36,488 bases of DNA from Chitinivibrionales bacterium (GCA_038247415.1 JBBRUX010000041.1:1-36488), one strand, 5' to 3'. Counted from the stretch's first letter, positions 19,369 to 28,739 are shown. Numbers and translations: made by a program. The notes: generated from the sequence alone by a model not told the origin.

Positions 19369-20372
19369 TCGATTTAAATACACTCTGGTTCATTGTAATA
19401 TGCGTCCTTTTTACAGGGTTCTTTTTTCTTGAAGGATTCGATTTTGGAGTTGGCATAGTGGCCTTTTTTATAGGGAAAACAGATACCGAAAAACGGTATC
19501 TTGTAAATGCCATCGGCCCAGTGTGGAACAGTAATGAAGTATGGCTTATTACCGCAGGTGGCGCCATGTTTGCAGCATTTCCTGAATGGTATGCGACTCT
19601 TTTTTCGGGTCTTTACATCGCGCTTTTTCTTCTCCTTATATCCCTTATCATACGCGGTGTCTCAATAGAATTTCGCTCACGATTGGGAAACCCAAAATGG
19701 CAAAAACTCTGTGATATCGGCCTATTCGTGGGTAGTGCCCTTTCTTCTATCCTCATCCCTGTTGCACTGGCATACCTTTTAATTGGGCTACCCATCGATA
19801 GCAACTCCGAATTCAGAGGATCATTTTTTACATTACTCTCCCTTCCTGCGCTCATTGCAGGATTAATGGGGATTACATTTGTAATGTATCATGCCTGTAT
19901 CTATTTGCAATTGCGAGTCTCAGGTGAACTCGCAGAACGTGCTGCAAAACTTGCTGTACCTCTTTTAGCCATATTTACTATTCTTGGTATGTGCTTTTAT
20001 CTTCTTGTTGCTCACAAGCTCAACCCATCAGTTAATTTGGTTGCATTTATTTTTATTGGCATTGGAGGGCTTGGCGCAATCCTTGCCATTTTCGCCGTGC
20101 GCATTAAAAAGTATGGTGTAGCATTTGCGTCCAATGCACTTCTTCTTGTGGGAGTATCAGGGGCTCTCTTTTGTGGACTATACCCCAATGTCATGATTTC
20201 GAGCCTCAATCCCGCTTGGAATCTTACCATTTACAGTGCGTCTTCATCACCATATACTCTTAAAATTATGACCTTTATTGCACTTTCTCTTTTGCCAATA
20301 GTGCTTGGATATGTAGCTTGGAGTTATTGGATTTTTCGTAAAAAAATTACCCAGCAGGATCTTGAATATTGA
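19365..20372 (+). CDS. cydB: Cytochrome bd quinol oxidase subunit II
   Basis: LEGFDFGVG, IGPVWNSNEVWL..GGAMFAAFP.WYA.LFSGLY. Confidence 0.97.
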   Translation: MIDLNTLWFIVICVLFTGFFFLEGFDFGVGIVAFFIGKTDTEKRYLVNAIGPVWNSNEVWLITAGGAMFAAFPEWYATLFSGLYIALFLLLISLIIRGVSIEFRSRLGNPKWQKLCDIGLFVGSALSSILIPVALAYLLIGLPIDSNSEFRGSFFTLLSLPALIAGLMGITFVMYHACIYLQLRVSGELAERAAKLAVPLLAIFTILGMCFYLLVAHKLNPSVNLVAFIFIGIGGLGAILAIFAVRIKKYGVAFASNALLLVGVSGALFCGLYPNVMISSLNPAWNLTIYSASSSPYTLKIMTFIALSLLPIVLGYVAWSYWIFRKKITQQDLEY

Positions 20373-22156
20373 CTCCTCAAAAAGAGCTTTCCCGTTTTTC
20401 CAAGAAAAAAATTGTAAAGCTTATTGCGCTCATTCTCGATCATCCCTGGGCTCTTTTTTTCCTGGTTCTCTATGCGTTCATGGTAACAACCATAACGCTT
20501 GCAGGTGCCTGGATTCTTGCCTCTATTGTAACTAAAATCTATAGTAATCACGCCACCTTTACTCAAATTGTCCCTTTGTGCATATTCTTTGGAGTGCTTA
20601 TTCTCCTTCGATTTGTACTATCGTTTCTTTGCGAGTGGAACATTAGACGTATCGCATCGTCAATACGCTTAAACCTTCGCAAGCGCTTTTTACAAGTAAC
20701 CCTCAATAGGCCGCGGTTGAGTTCGTCGGGTGATACCAAAGGAAGTGATGCGGCCCTCTTTTCCCTCGCTACCGATGATATTGAACCTTGGTATTCGGAA
20801 TTTTTACCGCAACTTGTTATAACAGTTTTGCTCGTACCTTCCATTCTCGTTATGGCGCTTTTTTTTGACCCACTCGCTGCCGGTATAATGTTTGTAACTA
20901 TTCCACTTTTACCTTTTTTCTTAAGCCTTATTGGCTCATTTGTATCGCACATGCAAACCAAGCGGTTGCTCGCACTGCGAAATCTTGGGGGAAAACTTCT
21001 CGAATCGCTCAATGGATTAAAGTTGCTTAAACGCACAAACTCTGGCGACAGGCAATCACGTACACTCCTGACTTCAAACGACGAATTTAGAAAAACGACT
21101 TTAGAAATCTTAAAAGTATCTTTTCTCTCGGCATTTGTTCTAGAACTTGCCGCAACCATAAGTATTGCCATAATTGCCGTTTCTCTTGGATTACGACTTA
21201 TTAATCACAGCATTCCTTTCTTTAATGCATTCATAATTCTTTTGCTAGCACCCGAGCTCTATTTACCCATACGACTTCTTGCCATAAAATTTCATACGGC
21301 GACATCGGGCATGGCGGCACTTGACACGATAGAATCTTTACACATACCACTCACGGCGCCTTCTGCCGATCGTGTAATTTCACAAACCCAAAACTCTACT
21401 TCTAATGCACCAAAAGGTCCTGGAATTGTACTCACCAATGTTTCAACACGGTACCCAAACTCATTAGACCTGGCGCTGCATTCTATAACTTTAGCTATCC
21501 CGCCAAGAGGCATTATTGCGCTTGTAGGCAAGAGTGGGAGCGGTAAAACCACGTTGCTCAATACAATTTTTGGGTTTCTTCCGTGTGAAACAGGGTCTAT
21601 TTTTTTTGACGGAATTAACGTAAACACCCTCCCAGCAGAACAACGAGTTTTTTTTACAGGACTTGTATCGCAACAACCATTCCTTTTCGAAGGAACTATT
21701 GCCGATAACATTCGCTTAGGATCCCCCGATGCAACAATTGACGAAGTGATTGTGGCCATGCAATTGGCTGGCGGGAAAAACGTGCTTACAACACTAGAAA
21801 AAGGCTTAGAAACCGTTATTGGAGAAAATGGCATAGGCGTAAGCAAAGGTGAAGCTCAACGTATCACTCTTGCACGCGCGCTGCTTAAAAAAAGCACCTA
21901 TCTTTTTCTCGACGAGCCAACATCTGCCCTTGATTCCGAAACCGAAAGAGAAATTCTTGCAACCCTACAATCGCTTTCTACCCACCATAGCATTATAGTT
22001 ATAGCTCATCGACCTGCAACAGTAGCTCTTGCAGATACGATTCTTGTACTTGACAAAAATACCATTGCTGAATTGGGAAGTCATGCAGATTTACTAGCGC
22101 GCAATGGAATATATAGCTCACTTGTTCGTTCTTGGGAATCCCATGAAACTCTATAA
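20369..22156 (+). CDS. cydD: ABC exporter subunit CydD (heme/thiol transport for bd assembly)
   Basis: SEFLPQ, LKVSFLSAFVLE, LLLAPELYLPIR...FH, GKSGSGKT, DEPTSALD; TTG start overlaps the cydB stop. Confidence 0.9.
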   Translation: MTPQKELSRFSKKKIVKLIALILDHPWALFFLVLYAFMVTTITLAGAWILASIVTKIYSNHATFTQIVPLCIFFGVLILLRFVLSFLCEWNIRRIASSIRLNLRKRFLQVTLNRPRLSSSGDTKGSDAALFSLATDDIEPWYSEFLPQLVITVLLVPSILVMALFFDPLAAGIMFVTIPLLPFFLSLIGSFVSHMQTKRLLALRNLGGKLLESLNGLKLLKRTNSGDRQSRTLLTSNDEFRKTTLEILKVSFLSAFVLELAATISIAIIAVSLGLRLINHSIPFFNAFIILLLAPELYLPIRLLAIKFHTATSGMAALDTIESLHIPLTAPSADRVISQTQNSTSNAPKGPGIVLTNVSTRYPNSLDLALHSITLAIPPRGIIALVGKSGSGKTTLLNTIFGFLPCETGSIFFDGINVNTLPAEQRVFFTGLVSQQPFLFEGTIADNIRLGSPDATIDEVIVAMQLAGGKNVLTTLEKGLETVIGENGIGVSKGEAQRITLARALLKKSTYLFLDEPTSALDSETEREILATLQSLSTHHSIIVIAHRPATVALADTILVLDKNTIAELGSHADLLARNGIYSSLVRSWESHETL

Positions 22157-23780
22157 TCTTAGAATTGGGCTTTTTGCATTTCTCTCGCATCCTGCGGGAA
22201 TTGGGCTAACAATTTTTTGTGCAACCGGCGCAGTGTGTGCATCATCGGCGCTTATTGGTATGGCTGCATGGCTTATTCTTTTGTGCTCGACAAGCCCAAC
22301 CTACGACTTAATTGTAATCCCTGCAACGTGTTTGCGTTTTTTTGGCATTGCGCGAGCAGGGTTTCGGTATTTAGAGCGACTACTTTCTCATAGTGCGATA
22401 TTTAAACTTTTAGGAACACTTCGAGTTCGCTTCTTTAAATCGCTTTATGTAAATACAACTATCCAGGAACCCCACAGCAGAAGCGCGCTTTTTACCAGAG
22501 CTCTTTTTGATATCGAGATGTTTAAAGATTCTCTCATAAGAATTGTCCTTCCCGTGGGGGTTTGCTTTGTAACCATTGTGTGCGCACTCCTGTATCTAAT
22601 GCCACAACACTTTCTTTTAGGCAAATTTTTTGCTATTGCATGCAGTATCACCGTAGGCATTGGGTTTATACTGTTTCTTGCCAACCGCAACACCGCTCTG
22701 GCAATTGCCCAAGCACGCGATGCAACAAATCGTTTTTTTATCGAATGTTCCTATGGTGCGGTTGAGCTTGCCCTTGCCCTGCGCTGCAAAGATTGGTATG
22801 GCAAGGGAATAGCGCATATAAACGAAGAACATGCATCAGAAAAAAAACGAATTTTTCTTGATGCTCTTGCCGTATCGCTCTCGTCGGCTCTTGGAGCGTC
22901 AACCCTTTTGGCTGCCACCATTATTTCTGCACTTCTTGTTGCAACAAACAAGATTCCATCGTACTCTATTGCCGTTATTCCTCTGGTATGTCAATCGGTC
23001 TTTGAAATGTGGCTCACTATTCCAACACTGGCGATTCGCATTGATGCCACGTCTGCCAGCGCGAAAAGGCTCTCTCTGGATACCTTGCTCAAAAATAACA
23101 GAGCCCTTTTAGCAGAAAATTATAACTCGCCATTCTCATCGATTCCAACAGTGCGCATCCAAAATGTAACGTATTCATATTCGCCTCAAAAAAAGCTACT
23201 TGAAAATGCAACTCTTTGTTGTGAACCTTTTTCTCTAACTTTTATACGAGGAAAAAGCGGTAGTGGAAAAAGTACGCTTATCGATCTTCTCACAGGATTT
23301 CTAACTCCCCACAAGGGAACAATTTATCTAAACGACACAAGCATTGCTGATATAACCCCACAAAAATTGCAGAGCGTATTCTCTGTTGTAGAACAGGTGC
23401 CCTTCTTTTTTGCCGATTCGATAGCAGAAAACTTCAAATTGGTAAACCCGCAGCTTTCTGATACAGAAATGACGGATGCGATAGTGAGTGTTGCTTTGGA
23501 ATCTCGGTTTGGGCAAGCACAGCAAGCGCTATCGTATATCTTAACCGAAGGGGGCTCTAATCTATCGGTAGGAGAACGTCAAAAGCTCGCTTGCGCGCGC
23601 GCATTGCTTTCGCACGCACCAATTCTCATACTCGATGAGCCAACGGCAGGAATGGATAGCGAGAGCGAACAAATAATCATTTCGCTTTTGCGGCAAGAAT
23701 CGAAAAAAAGAACAGTGATTCTTATAACCCATCACAAAGAATTAATTAAAGCAGGCGATAACGTAGCAACTCTTATGTGA
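22143..23780 (+). CDS. cydC: ABC exporter subunit CydC
   Basis: LRFFGIARAGFRYLERLLSH..F..L..LR, GKSGSGKST, DEPTAGMD. ATG 22143 preferred. Confidence 0.9.
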   Translation: MKLYNLRIGLFAFLSHPAGIGLTIFCATGAVCASSALIGMAAWLILLCSTSPTYDLIVIPATCLRFFGIARAGFRYLERLLSHSAIFKLLGTLRVRFFKSLYVNTTIQEPHSRSALFTRALFDIEMFKDSLIRIVLPVGVCFVTIVCALLYLMPQHFLLGKFFAIACSITVGIGFILFLANRNTALAIAQARDATNRFFIECSYGAVELALALRCKDWYGKGIAHINEEHASEKKRIFLDALAVSLSSALGASTLLAATIISALLVATNKIPSYSIAVIPLVCQSVFEMWLTIPTLAIRIDATSASAKRLSLDTLLKNNRALLAENYNSPFSSIPTVRIQNVTYSYSPQKKLLENATLCCEPFSLTFIRGKSGSGKSTLIDLLTGFLTPHKGTIYLNDTSIADITPQKLQSVFSVVEQVPFFFADSIAENFKLVNPQLSDTEMTDAIVSVALESRFGQAQQALSYILTEGGSNLSVGERQKLACARALLSHAPILILDEPTAGMDSESEQIIISLLRQESKKRTVILITHHKELIKAGDNVATLM

Positions 23781-23805
23781 GAGGGAGAAACTTAGCAGAG
23801 AATAA

Positions 23806-23847
23806 GTACACATCGCGGGCCCTTATAAAGCACCCGCGATGCGTATG
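23806..23847. terminator. Hairpin between convergent cydC and serA; probable bidirectional terminator
   Basis: CATCGCGGG...CCCGCGATG stem, extendable at both ends; U-tracts weak. Confidence 0.6.
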
Positions 23848-23848
23848 C

Positions 23849-25012
23849 TTAAATAACCCGAGCCATAATAACACCCTCAATTGACAAAAGCTTTTTAATG
23901 GCTTCTGGATCTATATCACCATCGATATCGATAATATTGTAGGCGATATCACCCTTGCTTTTGTTGAGCATATCGGCAATATTAACCTTCATGGTAGCAA
24001 GAAAAGTTGTAATCTGACCGACCATATTAGGGATATTCTTATTAGCAATAATAATGCGTTTACGCCCAGAATAATCCATTGCACAATCGGGAAAGTTTAC
24101 AGAATTCTTGATATTACCGGTTGCAAGAAAATCCCGCACTTGAACGGCCGCCATAATTGCGCAATTGTCTTCTGCTTCGGGTGTGGATGCACCAAGATGC
24201 GGAATACAAATTACGTTTTTCATGGTGAGCAGCTCGTCATCGGGAAAATCGGTAACATAACAGCTTACAATTCCTTCTTCGATCGCATCACGTAAATCGC
24301 GATTATTAACTAAGCCTCCGCGGGCAAAGTTGAAAATGCGGACGCCCTTTTTCATAATGGCAAACTTCTCTTTATTGAGCATTCCCTTGGTTTTATCGGT
24401 TAGGGGAACATGCAACGTAATATAATCCGATTTTGCCAAGAGGCTATCCAGCCCAATAGCACGCGACACACTGCGCGAAAGTTTCCAGGCAGCTTCAACA
24501 GAAATAAGCGGATCAAATCCTGTTACTTCCATGCCTAGTGCTTCGGCATCGTTGGCAACCATTACACCAATTGCACCAAGACCAATAATACCAAGCTTTT
24601 TTCCTTTAATTTCGGGTCCTGTAAATTGCGATTTGCCTTTTTCTACAAGCTTTGGAACTTCATCGCCTTTGCCAACAAGTGTTTGAGCCCATTGCACTCC
24701 TGCAAAGAGGTTTCTGCTAGAAGCCAGAAGCGAAGTGAGAACTAGTTCTTTAACTCCATTGGCATTTGCCCCCGGAGTATTAAAAACAACAATCCCTTTA
24801 TCGGAACATTTGTCTACAGGAATATTATTTACGCCAGCACCTGCACGACCAATTGCCTTAAGGGTAGCAGCAATCTCAAGGTCATGCATTTCGGCACTAC
24901 GCACCAAGATACCATCGGGATTAAGGAGCTCCGATGCAACTTCGAAATCATCACGTGGCAAAAGATCTAAACCTACTGCTGCAATTTTATTAAGCGTTTG
25001 TATTTTATACAT
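23849..25012 (-). CDS. serA: D-3-phosphoglycerate dehydrogenase with ACT domain
   Basis: RAGAGVNNIP, FNTPGANAN, GLGAIG, NFARG, PHLGAST.EAE, C-terminal ACT; follows serC. Confidence 0.93.
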   Translation of the reverse strand: MYKIQTLNKIAAVGLDLLPRDDFEVASELLNPDGILVRSAEMHDLEIAATLKAIGRAGAGVNNIPVDKCSDKGIVVFNTPGANANGVKELVLTSLLASSRNLFAGVQWAQTLVGKGDEVPKLVEKGKSQFTGPEIKGKKLGIIGLGAIGVMVANDAEALGMEVTGFDPLISVEAAWKLSRSVSRAIGLDSLLAKSDYITLHVPLTDKTKGMLNKEKFAIMKKGVRIFNFARGGLVNNRDLRDAIEEGIVSCYVTDFPDDELLTMKNVICIPHLGASTPEAEDNCAIMAAVQVRDFLATGNIKNSVNFPDCAMDYSGRKRIIIANKNIPNMVGQITTFLATMKVNIADMLNKSKGDIAYNIIDIDGDIDPEAIKKLLSIEGVIMARVI

Positions 25013-25026
25013 GTAAAGTACCTTTC

Positions 25027-26109
25027 TTAATGATGATTTGTTTCAAAAGTTTTCATGCAATCGACAAGCTTCTGGACACCCGCAAGTGGCATTGCATTAT
25101 AGATACTTGCCCTCATGCCACCAACACTGCGATGGCCCTTAAGATTAATAAGCCCTTGCGCCTTAGCTGCCTTAAGAAATTCTTTGTCAAGATCCTCGGT
25201 AGGCAACGTAAACGGAATATTCATAAGCGAGCGATCTTTTGGAGCTGCAGTGCCTTTAAAAATCTTAGAAGAATCGATGCAATCGTACAAAAGTGCAGCT
25301 TTCTTTTTATTCATATCTTCTATTGCCGTAATTCCACCATTCTCCTCTATCCATTCGAACACAAGCTTGCTTATGTAAATGCTGTAGCATGGAGGTGTAT
25401 TATACATAGAACCTTCGTCCATATGTGTCTTGTAATTAAACATTATTGGGGTAAGCGGCAATGCATTCCCAACAAGGTCTTTACGGATAATAACGATCGT
25501 GAGACCTGCTGGCCCAACGTTTTTTTGAGCACCTGCATAGATACACCCAAATTTGGTAACATCGTAGCGTTCCGACAAAATATTAGAAGACATATCAGCA
25601 ACCAAGGGCACACCCTTGGTATCGGGAAGAGCGGTAAATCGAGTTCCCTCGATCGTATTATTGGTCGTGATATGAAAATAATCGGCATCGGCACTAAATT
25701 TTGTTGCGTCAAGTTCGGGAATATACGAGTATCCCTTATCTTCGGACGTTGCAAGAACATTTGCAATGCCAAAGCGTTTTGCTTCTGCAATTGCTTTTTT
25801 AGACCACGTGCCTGTATTTACAAAATCGGCTTTTTTGCTAACGCGAAAAAGATTAAGTGGAACCATAGCAAACTGGCTGCTTGCTCCACCTTGCAAAAAG
25901 AGAACAGCATAATTATCGGGAATGTTCATGATTTTACGCAAAAGAGCCTCTGCCCCATGAATAATCTCTTCGTATTCTGGCGACCGGTGGCTCATTTCCA
26001 TAACCGATTGGCCACATCCTTTATAATCGAGCATTTCCGCTGCTGCTGTTTTGAGAACCTGCTCAGGTAACATAGAAGGACCTGCAGAAAAATTAAATAC
26101 ACGAGCCAT
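25027..26109 (-). CDS. serC: Phosphoserine aminotransferase
   Basis: FNFSAGP, EMSHRS, FLQGGA, DMSS, AGAQKN, YNTPP, GHRSVGGMRASIYN. ATG 26109 after AGGAGG. Confidence 0.97.
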   Translation of the reverse strand: MARVFNFSAGPSMLPEQVLKTAAAEMLDYKGCGQSVMEMSHRSPEYEEIIHGAEALLRKIMNIPDNYAVLFLQGGASSQFAMVPLNLFRVSKKADFVNTGTWSKKAIAEAKRFGIANVLATSEDKGYSYIPELDATKFSADADYFHITTNNTIEGTRFTALPDTKGVPLVADMSSNILSERYDVTKFGCIYAGAQKNVGPAGLTIVIIRKDLVGNALPLTPIMFNYKTHMDEGSMYNTPPCYSIYISKLVFEWIEENGGITAIEDMNKKKAALLYDCIDSSKIFKGTAAPKDRSLMNIPFTLPTEDLDKEFLKAAKAQGLINLKGHRSVGGMRASIYNAMPLAGVQKLVDCMKTFETNHH

Positions 26110-26133
26110 ACGCACCTCCTTAATAAATGTAAA

Positions 26134-26769
26134 TTAAGCCTTTTGATTAGCCGTCATCAGAGAATTTATAAAACGCAATTCACAAATCATATCCAGATTC
26201 CTCACAATGATTCCCTTTTGAGCAACAGCCACCGTTGTCGAAGAGAAATTTACCAGCCCACTCACCCCACCAGCAACAAATCGTGCTGCGCAATCGGCTG
26301 CAGCACTTGGAGGTACAGCAATTATACCAATTTCAATGTTAAGCTTTTTCACCCAATCGGTAAGTTCCGATGCCGGATAGAGCGGCACCTTAGATGTCAA
26401 TGTTTCCAGGATATTAGTATTAGAATCGAACCCTGCCACAATATCAAACCCGGCATTTTCAAACTCCGGGTTTTCAAGCAGCGCCGATCCAACTTTACCA
26501 AGGCCCGCAATAGCCACGGTCCTACGCTTTTCAAATCCGCAAACATCAGATATCCGTCCTGCCAATTTTGCAACATCATACCCCGAACCAACATCCCCCA
26601 CCTCACCCAGATAATTAATTTCTTTGCGAATGGAATCGGCTGTGCTGCCTAACTGACTACCAAGTATACGGGAAGATATCCGCGAAACTCCCGCAGCCAA
26701 TGACTCTAGCAAACAGCAATATATCATAGAAAAACGATGCAGGGTCTTTACAGGTATTTTTCGAGTCAT
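26134..26769 (-). CDS. rex: Redox-sensing transcriptional repressor Rex
   Basis: wHTH ISS..LG...IRKEINYLG..G..G.GY, Rossmann IAGLGKVGSAL, GFDIVAGFD, IIAVP..AA, NF. Confidence 0.9.
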   Translation of the reverse strand: MTRKIPVKTLHRFSMIYCCLLESLAAGVSRISSRILGSQLGSTADSIRKEINYLGEVGDVGSGYDVAKLAGRISDVCGFEKRRTVAIAGLGKVGSALLENPEFENAGFDIVAGFDSNTNILETLTSKVPLYPASELTDWVKKLNIEIGIIAVPPSAAADCAARFVAGGVSGLVNFSSTTVAVAQKGIIVRNLDMICELRFINSLMTANQKA

Positions 26770-26778
26770 GTGCCATCC

Positions 26779-26796
26779 TTGTGATTAGTTTCACTT
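26779..26796. promoter_or_regulatory. Rex operator overlapping the rex SD and predicted transcription start
   Basis: TTGTGATTAGTTTCACTT versus TTGTGAA-N4-TTCACAA. Confidence 0.7.
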
Positions 26797-26798
26797 AT

Positions 26799-26827
26799 AA
26801 TATACACATAATTACTGATTAAATCAA
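26799..26827 (-). promoter_or_regulatory. sigma70 promoter of rex-serC-serA
   Basis: Minus strand TTGATT-17 nt-TATATT directly upstream of the Rex box. Confidence 0.6.
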
Positions 26828-26862
26828 GTAAATATTAAATAATATCTAAAAAACATCTAAAT

Positions 26863-26880
26863 CGGTGATTCATTTCACAT
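26863..26880. promoter_or_regulatory. Second Rex-box candidate
   Basis: CGGTGATTCATTTCACAT shares the GTGATT-N2-TTTCAC core with the proximal box. Confidence 0.55.
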
Positions 26881-27226
26881 ATCAATACATTCTATTCAGA
26901 GTGTTTGGTCATTTCAAAAAGGGGTTAAGGAGGCTGATAGGAATGGAATGCTTAAGAGTACGCTAGTAAGTGGGGGTGTATTTCGAGAAGAGGAGAAGGA
27001 ATATGAGTGTACCTGTAAATGAATTAGCGGGTAGCCTTAAAGTTCATTGCGGCCAATGAGAGTCTTGGGTACCGGCCTGGTGGCTTTGTAGGCCGTGAAG
27101 CGATAGGATTCCCGGGTATGATGTGCAGACGTGGGTTTTATTTTATGATTATCGTGTAAACAAGAAGTATATTTCTTTTTCGGTCTAGTAGCATGGCTCT
27201 ATAGGCGCGTCATTCCTAGAGCGCAA

Positions 27227-27279
27227 CTCTAACGGTTTTGCCATCGATTTAAGAGAAAAGAAATGGTATGTTGTTGGAG
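27227..27279 (+). mobile_element. attC-like imperfect hairpin (candidate integron cassette site)
   Basis: CTCTAAC...GTTGGAG ends pair; inner TGCCAT/ATGGTA arms. Confidence 0.35.
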
Positions 27280-27791
27280 CCGAATTGGGCCATCATGATG
27301 TACAGTTTTGGGAGCCGCAAAAGCGATGGAATAAAGCTTTTTTAGAAAAATATTAGAAGGAAAGAGCGAGAGAGAGGCCCCTGCCCTACCCGGTGACTAA
27401 ATATTGTTCCGCATGCTAAAAAGAAGGTATATGAGCACCGCGAGAAAAAAAGATGGGCAAAAATTGGTTGATAGAAAACACTTCAAATTTTTAACGTTGA
27501 GAAGCATCATGAAAAAATATTTACTAATTTTCTATCGAACCCTATGGAAGCCTTTCAACTTTGTCTATTGTTCATTCCACGTTTTACAAATCGGATGAGC
27601 TCTTAAGTTTCCCTGGATTAATTGTGACAATTGGGGTTAGATTTGTATATCAATGGGGTAAAATCTAGCATTACAAACATTTGAATATTTCTAATGGAGC
27701 CAGCGCCGACGTGGCTTTTGCATATAACACGTGCTCATTGGTGGGAAGAGAAACCAAAACACTGATCTGAAATCAAAAATCTGGTCAGTGC

Positions 27792-27865
27792 ACATAACGG
27801 CCGCAATTTCCGTAAATTCTACCCTCATCGTTTTTATTTCGACCTTGGGAAAATGATTGTTGAGC
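27792..27865 (+). mobile_element. attC-like imperfect hairpin (degenerate)
   Basis: ACATAAC-GGCCGCAATTTCC...GGGAAAATGATT-GTTGAGC; right end fits GTTRRRY; 74 bp. Confidence 0.35.
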
Positions 27866-28082
27866 AGGAACACAATTATTGTTTTACACATACCTTTAAA
27901 TCAGACCCTAGGTCGGGGACAAAATTTATTTTTAGTGACAACGAACTGCAACATGAGGCAACTATTAAGAAATCCTTGCTAGTTGAAAAGCTCACAGAAA
28001 GCAATCCTAAGGCAGTATTTGAAGCGCTTCATGCTTAGCCCAAGCGGATTACTAGACAGAATGAAAACCAACGCTATTAATG

Positions 28083-28146
28083 GAAAGGATACATAAATGG
28101 CAGATTTTCCGACAAAAATGGACAGAACAAGAATATCCTTTGGAAC
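28083..28146 (+). repeat. 64-bp direct repeat, copy 1 (SD + 5' end of the small gene)
   Basis: Matches 29184-29247 at 62 of 64 positions. Confidence 0.95.
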
Positions 28147-28303
28147 AGCTGAAAAGCATGACAAAGAGGATATAGAATACTGGCAGAATGCAACATATGA
28201 AGAGAAATTAATGACAATCACTTATTTAAGGGAATGTTTTTATGGCCCAAAGGCAACTTCCGGAAGACTTCCAAGACTTTATAAAGTTCTTAAACGCAAA
28301 TAA
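28097..28303 (+). CDS. 68-aa hypothetical protein, putative antitoxin/partner of the downstream nucleotidyltransferase
   Basis: AAGGA SD; D.EYW...T.EE.L..I..LR...YG...RL pattern; overlaps the NTase start by 62 bp. Confidence 0.7.
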   Translation: MADFPTKMDRTRISFGTAEKHDKEDIEYWQNATYEEKLMTITYLRECFYGPKATSGRLPRLYKVLKRK

Positions 28304-28739
28304 GGTCAAATATTTATTGGTCGGCGGTTGGGCTGTTGGAATATACGGGAATCCAAGAGCAACCAAGGATATTGATTTTCTGATTGCAATAGACGATGCA
28401 AATCTCAAAAGATTGCAGAAGGCAATGTATGATTTTGGGGCGCCCACAATTGATATGTCAATATTCAAAGACAAGGGCAATTTTTTCAGAATGGGAAGGC
28501 CCCCGATCCAAATTGACATTATTACAGATGCAAGTGGAATAGATATTAAAAGTTGTTATTCAAGAAAAGCTGTTGTTGTTATTAATGATCTTGCGATTTC
28601 TGTTATCTCAAAGGAAGACCTGATTGCAAATAAAAAAGCATCAGGGAGGCACAGAGATTTGGATGATGCCGAAATCCTTGAAAAAGGGAAACTGATAAAA
28701 AAGGCAATACTAAAAAAAACCAAAAGACATGCGGATTGA
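28242..28739 (+). CDS. Nucleotidyltransferase, DUF6036/MenT1-like (AbiEii/DUF1814 superfamily), putative toxin
   Basis: YLLVGGWAV...PRATKDIDF, IDI, LIANK.ASGR.RDL.D motifs. Confidence 0.85.
   Translation: MAQRQLPEDFQDFIKFLNANKVKYLLVGGWAVGIYGNPRATKDIDFLIAIDDANLKRLQKAMYDFGAPTIDMSIFKDKGNFFRMGRPPIQIDIITDASGIDIKSCYSRKAVVVINDLAISVISKEDLIANKKASGRHRDLDDAEILEKGKLIKKAILKKTKRHAD

Noticed and set aside
25030..26070. 346-aa ORF antisense to serC
   Set aside because: Codon-aligned shadow of a conserved gene with no motifs. The same applies to the antisense ORFs inside the permease, cydD, rex and the large surface protein.
27404..28038. Short ORFs 27404-27598, 27691-27891 and 27853-28038
   Set aside because: No recognisable family, and two overlap the attC-like hairpin. 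The last may be a gene 3' remnant but cannot be supported.
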